A stretch of 64,000 nucleotides of DNA. Origin: Glycera tridactyla. Its lineage: Eukaryota. Of the stretch, positions 22,174 to 31,017 are shown one piece after another (the first letter of the stretch is position 1; each line of letters starts with the position of its first letter). The notes beneath the pieces were generated by a model. That model was not told the origin of the DNA. It made no database searches and was given only the letters and a program-made list of their open reading frames with translations. The stretch covers positions 70,122,001 to 70,186,000 of the forward strand of contig OZ286475.1 of assembly GCA_965644265.1 (NCBI GenBank), in the 5' to 3' direction. A program made the position numbers and the translations under genes.

Positions 22174-24162
22174 ATGGAGGCTTGCTTGAGTGCGGAAAAT
22201 TGCACATGCGACTACAACGACCCAAGAGGACTGGTGATGTACTGCCATGAGCATTATCCGCTGCAGGGGAGAGAGCGAGAGATAGCAGCAGCCATCTATG
22301 TTGATGGAGATCTCGCCACACCTTCGGTTACGTCGAAATGTGAGTACTTAAGCCCCTATTGTTCGCTAACGATTGACGATTGGTACGGGTCCGATTGAAC
22401 CGAACAAAGGGAACAATGCATAGCTTGCCTCCTTCCAATCGATTGGAGCAGTATTCACAATAGAGGCACTGGGGCATGAAATTGTATTGTGTAGATGAGT
22501 GTGATTGACAGCAAGCATGTTGTAATTAGAAATAGTAGAGTTGCTCAATCTTAATAGATTGCGTACGCGCATGTGTGTGCATTTTTTGCNNNNNNNNNNN
22601 NNNNNNNNNNNNNNNNNNNNNNNNNNNNNNNNNNNNNNNNNNNNNNNNNNNNNNNNNNNNNNNNNNNNNNNNNNNNNNNNNNNNNNNNNNNNNNNNNNNN
22701 NNNNNNNNNNNNNNNNNTAATTGATGTTGAATTTTCTCTGTGACTATCATATTTTGGGAGTTAAGAGCTAGCAGCATCTGAAATTTTGAATGGATGTGAT
22801 TGATGTTTTTTTTTTAATCTGTTTCAGTTGAACTTCCGAATCTCCCGAATATTGGAGGAACATCTTCATCATCAGATTTATCGCGTAAAGTGGGTGAAGT
22901 GGGAGAGCTTACATCAGTCTCCTTGGCAGTAGCAGCAGATGGGTTGCTTCAAAACATCATGATCATCCTGATCCTTCTTTGTCTGCTGTTTGGAGTGTAC
23001 CGCATCTTTACTGCAAAAATCCCACAGAGAGGTGAGAATATATTAGGGATTATAACCTCTTTTTTGTTTGGAATCTAATATTGAAAAGGAAGATAATGCT
23101 AATTCAGTATGTAATAGATGTGCATATCTCTGAATAGTTTACCAATTCAATTTATTAAAAAATAAATTGTAACAAATTGTGGATATCCTCTCTAACCCAT
23201 TTTTATTATCTATCATGTGGATAAGATTTAGAGGGTTACATGACTATGTGATTGAGTATTCTCCTAACCTAATGCTTTTCTATGTGTCAAGCGCTGCGCT
23301 TTGCAAGAAAAAATGCATTGCTATCAGGCTTGGGTATTAGCTTCCGGCCAGCTATATAGTTAGATATGCCATCCTAGGTCTATTGTGTATAGGTTCAGAT
23401 TAGGTAGAGGTGTGTTTGAACTGTCAGCTACTTCCACTTGACATCCTTTCAGGTTCCCCTTCATCTTGTGTTCAGGGTTTGTGAGAGTGATTTCAGCAGG
23501 AGAGAAAATATCCAGCTTTCATTAACCAAGAATACATGGCATAAATAATCCTGTGGGTTGATACATGCTGTCAAACCTCAAACAAACAAACAAAAAATTA
23601 CATGACTATGGATGAATTTGCCTCTATCTATTCCAAAGGAATTGGAGATAAGGAATTGGAGATGTTCATCACCATTTTTGCTTACTGGAAAATGAATAGA
23701 ATGGGGAAAACCATTCTGAACTATAGCATATCACTATAAATAAAGAATAATTGTGTAATAAATGATATTAGCATAATAATCATCCTCTTTTGCCTTTTTT
23801 CTCATGTTTTAGTTTGGAGGATCTTCAAAATTATCACGAGAGGGTATGCAGCGAGTGATGACGGGTATTCTATCAAGCTGACAGGATTCGCCTCCCACAG
23901 AAACCTGGATGCGGAAGAAATTGGTGAGGATTCTGAAACAACCAAGCTCAAAACAAGGTTGGATAAACTACGAGGCTTCACATCAGAAGGTTTTGAAGCC
24001 AGCGTTTCCAGCACTGTAGATCCAGGACAAACTCATTCGCAGATTGGGTTTGATGACATTGAATTAAATGCTGCGGAACCTGCTAAGCATGAAGTTGTTG
24101 CTGAAATCCATCCCATTGCATCGAGGACAAGGAGTAGTGAGTCAAAAAAACATGGTGATTAG
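22174..24162 (+). CDS. Three-exon single-pass membrane protein (join 22174-22339, 22828-23031, 23813-24162; 239 aa)
   Basis: Donors GTGAGT (22340) and GTGAGA (23032); pyrimidine-rich acceptors tttcag (22827) and ttttag (23812). All junctions are phase 1 and the 720-nt spliced frame is open. TM segment IMIILILLCLLFGVY. Confidence 0.7.
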
Positions 24163-25539
24163 ATTTGATTATGAATTAAGATATATCTTCATCTAAGGAC
24201 TATGATATCATTATGAATGAGGGAGAATCATTGAATACAACTTAATCATTCTTAAAAAACAGAGAACATGGACATGTGCATGGAAATTTAGATAGATGAA
24301 ATTATATTCCAAAACAGTACATTCTTATCCTCAATTTTGAAATAATTTATCTTACTCAAACAAATCTTATTGTGATAAAAAAAAACAAAAAAACAATATA
24401 TTCTTCAGATATTTATTTCTTTTTTTTTTTTTATGTTAGAAATCAAGGTTCTAAATTCATCAGAATTGAATTGGAATTGAACTAGATATATTCTTGAAAC
24501 AGCAAGTTTCATAATTTTGTGATAACTCACCCTTCCCACCCAAACCGGTCTGGAGCAAAGTTTTGGATTGGGATTCAACTGAATATAAGTGAGCTTTTGT
24601 TCGGGATTTAGATAATTAGAAAACATTTTGAAACAGTTTTTTTTCTCAAAATTATGAGTTAACTCATGCAGTACATTCAAACCAAACCAAACTGAAGCAT
24701 ATTTTTCTTACATGAAAAAAAAAAATTCTTTAGATTTTGGTTTTTTTTATTTTGCTGGCGGGTTGAAGTTCTGCAGCTGCTAGAATTTTCAGATGATACA
24801 TTTTTTTACTTCCCATTAGATAAGGAGGGAGAAAAAAACAGTCTTTGATTCCCCTATTCCTTCTATTTTTTTGAAGTTGCGACATCCAACCTCAACTTAT
24901 TCAGCATAATGATAATATGAGTAATGATATATAATATTGTTGTAACTTATTATATAATTATTATTATCGTCAGAGTGCGGTTAGGAAAATGGAGAGCATA
25001 TTCCCCTGAGCGGAATATTACTTAATCTGTGATGTGATGTGATGAGATGTGAGCTTTATTCCCTGTCCATCCCAACTAGGTGAAACAAGGTTGATTCTCA
25101 TGCATTTATGCTGAATTTTGTTTTTAAATGATTCCTCACGCATTTGTATGTAAAAATGGTTGAGGTTTCAATCTCAAGTGAGCTTGTGCTGAACTTCAAG
25201 TATCTATAATGAGATGAATTCAGGAAATTTATCTCTAGCACTCAATTTCAGGGAGTAATTGAGATTTAGCAGTAGTTAACAAATCTCAACTTCCAAGATA
25301 CTAATTTATCAAGATTTTATCTTATCCATTCTGCTATAATATCCGATGTTGAAGTTGAAATGAAAACAAAATCTTATTGTTATGAATATAAGATCTAGGT
25401 ATAGATATTTTATAGCGGTATCTCATCACGGTGACGGGGATAATTTGTTTTGTTTTGTTTTTGCACATGTAGAAACATTATTTTTGATATTCTTATATTT
25501 GAGAGAAAGGATGTAAATAATTCTAGCAGTGTCTATTTA

Positions 25540-26000
25540 CCCTATATTTTTGATAAAAAATATATTTGTCATCTTTATATCATGATACCTTCATGTTTTG
25601 TTTTGGAGGGATGAAGGTATAGTGAAACCTGTTTTGGGAGACCGAGCTTTAATGAGAGACCACTCTTTATTGGCTCCTCTCTTTTTAACTTACTCAGATA
25701 TCTCTCCAATGAGAGTTCGCTTATCCTAATAATTTTATATTTGAGAGGAGGGGTGATACTGGTAGAGTCAATCTATCATATATTTTTGATAAAAATATAT
25801 TTGCTAGCATAATATTGTGATACCTTCATGTTTTGTTTGGAAACTGATCTGTGTGTTGAAGGTATAGTGAAACCTGTTTTTGGAGATTAGTTACTTGAGG
25901 AGACCTCTCTCTCTCTTTATCAACCCCTCTCTATTCAGCTTAGAGAAACATACTCTTGATGAGAGCCTACCTGTGTTGAGAGAGTGCACTCTCTCAAGAT
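25540..26000. repeat. Local direct duplication with Tc1/mariner-type MITE remnants inside the Polinton
   Basis: ~25545-25640 is similar to ~25780-25885, both ending in gaaggtatagtgaaacctgtttt, which resembles the CAGTGAAACCTG MITE terminus. Confidence 0.5.
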
Positions 26001-26185
26001 AGGCGGACTCTCACCCACAAATGCTTCAGCAGTTTAATGAGCGTGTCCTTACATAATCCTGTGGTTTGCAAGTTGGTTTTATGACAGGATGGATAGAGTG
26101 TTTGCAACTCAGTTGTGTAATAGACAGCTGCATCCTGTTGATTAAACACTGGGTTGAGTGAACACTATCTTCTATATGTATCTGT

Positions 26186-26195
26186 GAGTGTGTAT

Positions 26196-26254
<59 letters not shown>
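26186..26254. repeat. (GT)n microsatellite
   Basis: Directly visible GT run. Confidence 0.9.
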
Positions 26255-26257
<3 letters not shown>

Positions 26258-27042
26258 ATATGGATATATCTGGTCATATGCATGATATATCTTGTTTTTT
26301 GTTTTAGTGTAGACTGAATATGTATCACTTAAATGCGGGTTGAAGGTGATATTGTTTCTCAAGTAGGTTATTTGTTATTGAGTGAAAACCACTATCTCTT
26401 GATTCATTGATGTGTTCATGCATAACTTGTATCTGTCTAACCTTTTTTCAATTGCATGGGGATGAGTGAGCAAAGAGGATTTTAGTCTGGTGTTAGAATA
26501 CATGGAGGAGAGTTGGAGTTGGATTAGAAGTAGAGCACATATCCAGCTCACACTCAATAAGTCATCCATTCATTCATTTATTCAAAGCATGCACTCAGTT
26601 GATATCATCTTTTAATGTTATGTTTAATGTTATGAAGGTGGAAAACATTCTGCCCGAGATTGTATCTGATTTAAAGAAAATAAAGAATCATGTTGCTGTG
26701 AGCCGAATCTTTGTTTGAAGTTTCTTTTATTTAAACCTGGAATGTGGTCATGCTCTAGATTGAATCCTCAAAAGGTTATATAATGAAAGTCGGGAGCTAA
26801 TTTTCATGTTAAATCATGCGCATCTAGCTGGTAGGAAAGTCAGAGTTTTATTGGCTACTACACTGCACCTAGTTCCTGTTTCACTCATTCATGCAGAACT
26901 AATTGTTTAGTTTGAGAGAGGTTCGTCTCCCTCTTCTATACATCCCGGGATACGGGTGAAACTATCATCACTTTCTCATTGCTACTGAAGGATATTGGGT
27001 TGTTGTGTGTTCTGAACATTTTCAGTTTCTTTCACTCTAGAG

Positions 27043-27450
27043 ATGGATAGTGGAACATACTTCGAGTGCCACTCATGTGATCGAATAGTGAATAGCAATA
27101 CGCGAGTTCGACTATGGGCATGCACTCACTCCATCTGCAATTCTTGTACTTATCAGATTGTTGATAGTGCATTCAGCTGTGTAGTGGTTCAGTTTCCAGA
27201 ATGTCCATTTTGTAGTTCTCCCATCTGCCTTCCAATATCCAATGCTTTGGATATGAAAATTATAAGTTTCATATCTGATTTACACATTGGAATGAGGAAA
27301 GAAGCGGAAGGTGTGATAACATGTATGTACAGAACTTGCTATAATAGCCAGTGTTCACAAGTATATCTTGTTCAGTCTACATGCACTTGTGACGAAACTG
27401 TTGTGTTCACCTACAAATCCCCAACCCATGACTTCTTCAGAGTGCAGTGA
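27043..27450 (+). CDS. C3HC4 RING-finger protein (putative E3 ligase)
   Basis: C-HS-C...C-T-H-SI-C-NS-C...C-PF-C spacing, plus a second Cys cluster. Confidence 0.7.
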   Translation: MDSGTYFECHSCDRIVNSNTRVRLWACTHSICNSCTYQIVDSAFSCVVVQFPECPFCSSPICLPISNALDMKIISFISDLHIGMRKEAEGVITCMYRTCYNSQCSQVYLVQSTCTCDETVVFTYKSPTHDFFRVQ

Positions 27451-27803
27451 ATTTTGACAATCATCAAAGCAAAGATCCTACTGGGTCCCTTCGGGGACCC
27501 AACAATNNNNNNNNNNNNNNNNNNNNNNNNNNNNNNNNNNNNNNNNNNNNNNNNNNNNNNNNNNNNNNNNNNNNNNNNNNNNNNNNNNNNNNNNNNNNNN
27601 NNNNNNNNNNNNNNNNNNNNNNNNNNNNNNNNNNNNNNNNNNNCAGCACTGTGAATCATATATATATATATATATTTTTTCTTTTTTTTCTCTTTCATTC
27701 ATTCATTCACTCATGCATTAGTTCATTTATGCTTTATTTTCTTTTTTTTCTTGTTTATTGGGTGAAAAAAAGATACATAGGATAGGACATCATTTGTTTG
27801 AGT

Positions 27804-27921
27804 TGTTCTGAAAAGAACAGGAATGTGTGTTCTCAGAAGAACAGGGGTTTGTGTTCTGAAAAGAACATGGGTTTGTGTCCTAAAAAGAACAAGGGGGGGG
27901 GGGGTTGTTCTCAAAAGAACA
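27804..27921. repeat. Array of five TGTTCT-N4-AGAACA palindromes, 24-bp period
   Basis: Units start at 27804, 27828, 27852, 27876 (one mismatch) and 27906. Confidence 0.85.
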
Positions 27922-27930
27922 GGAGTTTGT

Positions 27931-28773
27931 TCAACAAACGCCGGCAAGTGTTGGTTGTAATGAACGCTCTGTAGTGGTAGCAGTTTCGGTGAGATCTCCA
28001 AATGGCAAGCATTCCGGATATGTGCGCTTCTGCTCAACTGTTCGGTGCAGGCTTCCGCAAGTACGTACCAAATCTATCGAAATAAAAACATTGAGTTCGT
28101 CTACAATCGTGCATAGATTCTCAAACTCGCGTATCCTGAAAGCAATACCAGGTACACCGGGAGCGATTTTCTTCTCGGACTTGGGAAAGAACCATTTTCG
28201 AGAGGCGATAGCGAAAACATTTTGCGTAACCTGAACCATATTTCTATCCCCGAGATGATTGAACAGTCGCACCTCTTCGTAGTTCTGTAGTTTTCGCACA
28301 GCTTCCCTAACACTGGGGAGGATTGTGATGAACTTCTTCCACTGCCCGAGAGTTAGCTGGATCCTCTTTCTTGACACTTCCTCCAAACGTGCGTTTTCCA
28401 GTGAGAAACGAACAAATGTGCCATCTGAGGAGATGTGCAAGATACGCTGATACCCTACGTCTGCTTCGAAGAATGAAACTCTTCTTCTCTTCAATGGTTG
28501 CTCCACTGGATGTTCGGATATCACCTCTGCAATCGGTTGAGTGGTTGGTGGTTGCTTTGCTATTGGTTGATCCATAATCGATAACTCCATCTTTGGTTGC
28601 TCGACTATCTCCAACTCTGGAAGACTGGCTTGTGAAGATTCATCTTCAATCGTTGTGACATCGATTGTTGAGATATCAATTTCACTGGCGACCTCTGGTG
28701 CTCGAATAGATGGATCAGAGAGCAAGTATGAATCATCTGATGAGGAAGGGTATCGGTTGTAGCTAGATGCCAT
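27931..28773 (-). CDS. PC4-like ssDNA-binding protein with acidic disordered N-terminus
   Basis: IQLTLGQWKKF and HLG...V.V......RKWF.......PG..GIAFRIREF..L repeats typical of PC4-like domains; degenerate C-terminal C..H....ECLP. Confidence 0.65.
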   Translation of the reverse strand: MASSYNRYPSSSDDSYLLSDPSIRAPEVASEIDISTIDVTTIEDESSQASLPELEIVEQPKMELSIMDQPIAKQPPTTQPIAEVISEHPVEQPLKRRRVSFFEADVGYQRILHISSDGTFVRFSLENARLEEVSRKRIQLTLGQWKKFITILPSVREAVRKLQNYEEVRLFNHLGDRNMVQVTQNVFAIASRKWFFPKSEKKIAPGVPGIAFRIREFENLCTIVDELNVFISIDLVRTCGSLHRTVEQKRTYPECLPFGDLTETATTTERSLQPTLAGVC

Positions 28774-28830
28774 CCTTAGGAATGGAGGGAGTGCAAGTCT
28801 CGTCTTGAAAATCGGAGAATCGATAGTGTG

Positions 28831-28858
28831 AAATGATGGTGAAAGCGGGGTTTATATA
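28831..28858 (-). promoter_or_regulatory. Putative TATA box plus CCATCATTT initiator-like motif
   Basis: Minus strand TATATAAA (28858-28851) then CCATCATTT (28839-28831); the same pair recurs at 29437-29402 upstream of the next gene. Confidence 0.4.
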
Positions 28859-29036
28859 TGCTTTCAAGATGTGCATAATTGTTGTGGAGCGAATGTGATT
28901 GGTTCATACTATTGTTCAATCATATTGCTCATATTTATCGGGTTGTGTGAATAGAAAATTCTAGGACAGGAAAGAGAGGTGTTAATATTCTAGTGATGAA
29001 CGTACCCCCGGATGCAGGCCCTTACACCTCCTGCAA

Positions 29037-29375
29037 TTAGCCAATGATGTCGTAATCCGACTGGACAATACTTGCTGATGAATCAGAGCTTGCTTGTGAT
29101 GATGCAATGCAGCTGTTACATGTAGGGCACCGTGAATAAGCACCTGGATACCGCACTTCCAAATCTTTGTGATGATGTGCTAATGCATACTGCTTTCTAC
29201 TCGAGAGATATGATAATTCACGAGTTCGAAAACGTTCAAGTTGACTTCGAATAATCGTCAACTCCATCTCCAGTTCCTGTATTTTCTCCTTTACACTTTC
29301 CATTATTCTGCAGGTAGCGAATGATCTTTTTAATGTCCGAATAGTGGAAGAGGAAATAGAGCAAAAAGCCATCAA
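29037..29375 (-). CDS. Coiled-coil hypothetical protein with HH...CPTC motif
   Basis: Heptad segment VKEKIQELEMELTIIRSQL; first gene inside the right TIR. Confidence 0.5.
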   Translation of the reverse strand: MMAFCSISSSTIRTLKRSFATCRIMESVKEKIQELEMELTIIRSQLERFRTRELSYLSSRKQYALAHHHKDLEVRYPGAYSRCPTCNSCIASSQASSDSSASIVQSDYDIIG

Positions 29376-29837
29376 ATGTTCTCTTCAACACTCGAGTAGA
29401 AAAATGATGGGAAGATGTGAATACCCTTCTTTATATAATTTCCATTGGACGCATGTGTGAACACCTGGCTGATTGCGGATGTTTAACAACTCATATGAAG
29501 TGTTAATGCATGTGATAATTTATCAATCTATGAAAGAATGGAAGCTGCTTTTGAAGATTGTTATTACCCTTAGATTTATGAATGAAGCATCACTGCTTTT
29601 GAATTAATTTGTATGGAGTTATGCCATCTACTATTCCCAAGTATGTTGAGGTAATAGACTTCAATAGTTTTCAGAATAATAACATTACAACTTTTACCCA
29701 TTTGAAGTGTAACAACTCTTTCAGAGTAAATCAATAAATATGTAAGAAGAGCATAAATTCAGAGGAAAGTGAGGTAAGCACTATAATTATCTATGATTCA
29801 TTGTAATATTCTATTATGATGATATAAGCACTATAAC

Positions 29838-29932
29838 CTATTGTGTTCTCGGGCGAGGTTTACAACCTTCACACCTTTTCTTTGTCTGCCGGAGCAAATC
29901 ATGTAGGATGCTCCTTACCCTCTTCCACTACT
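29838..29932 (-). repeat. Right terminal inverted repeat (95 bp)
   Basis: Exact reverse complement of 7656-7750. Confidence 0.97.
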
Positions 29933-29938
29933 ACAAGT
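29933..29938. repeat. Right target site duplication ACAAGT
   Basis: Matches 7650-7655. Confidence 0.97.
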
Positions 29939-30422
29939 AAATTGATTCCAAACGGTAGGGAAAAGTGACGGAACCAGCCGTAATGCAGTGCCTATAAATA
30001 CAATAAAAGAGACAGCGTCGTACTAGCCTCCTTGCACGGGAAGCATTGTTACGTCACAGTCAGTGGGTGATACTATGGTTACTGCCGATTCTTACATCAT
30101 CAAGCATCGCAAAGAACGCTGAGACGAAGACACGTATCTCCACAATACGTTATATAGGTCATCGATTCGGCACAGATTCTCTAACAATTCGATCAAAAAT
30201 GCATCTTTTATTGGTACTGATACATATTCGGTAATTTCGTTTGACTATGGAGAGTAATAAGTCAAGATATCATCAAATAAAATCGCCGATAATATCCATG
30301 AGATATTTCCAGAACCGTGGTATATTTGTCACAATATACCATGGGTCCGTATCTCACTGGTATAATGGACGATAGGATAGACGATAGGATACCGGCACTG
30401 GTGAGAACGTCGCAAAGGCATG

Positions 30423-30430
30423 AATGATGT

Positions 30431-30477
<47 letters not shown>

Positions 30478-30500
30478 ATGATGATGATGATGATGATGTT
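30423..30500. repeat. (GAT)n microsatellite
   Basis: Visible run; paralog near 48860-48950. Confidence 0.9.
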
Positions 30501-30840
30501 GTGTTTGTTGCCGTACTCCCCCGGAGTCCGTGGTGATTCAGCCTCGTGGAGTGCATGCATAGTATGGCTAGGGTGATAGATACATTCATGCTGAGTTTCT
30601 CATCTCCATTTCAACGGCGGATTTTTCGAGTTTGTTGTGATCTACGCCAGGATACGTTATTAGGTATTTTTTGATTGTACCAAAGCATTTCATCATCATA
30701 TATTGCTGCGTCTCATTTGATTTCGTTATACAGCTTTCAACACTTTTCATCCGACATTAGTTTACCCATAAATATTGTCTCGTAGCTTTGTGGATGTGAT
30801 GAACGAATCCAAGAGTCTTTCTGATAATCGATATGATATA

Positions 30841-31017
30841 GAGTGAAACCTGTCTTAAGTGAATAGTCACGGGACCAAATTTTTCTTTCACTTAAGACAG
30901 GATTTTGCTTAGCGCAGGACAATTATAGTGAGAAAAAAACAACCGGGCCGATTGTGGGGTATGTGCTTGAGACAGGATTTTGCCTCGCGCAGGTTTACTC
31001 TCGAGCAGGTTTCACTG
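30841..31017. mobile_element. Tc1/mariner-type MITE
   Basis: TA|(C/G)AGTGAAACCTG...CAGGTTTCACTG|TA; paralog at 49290-49467. Confidence 0.75.

Larger units (their letters stand above)
7656..29932. mobile_element. Polinton/Maverick endogenous dsDNA virus, full length, mutated
   Basis: AGTAGT...ACTACT termini, 95-bp identical TIRs, 6-bp TSD; pPolB, integrase, ATPase, protease, MCP and mCP genes. Confidence 0.97.

Noticed and set aside
22174-22398. Stand-alone 74-aa gene
   Set aside because: Better explained as exon 1 of the spliced gene, given the GTGAGT donor at 22340 and phase-matched downstream exons.
27804-27921. Glucocorticoid response or heat-shock elements
   Set aside because: Half-site orientation and spacing do not fit AGAACAnnnTGTTCT or nGAAn arrays.
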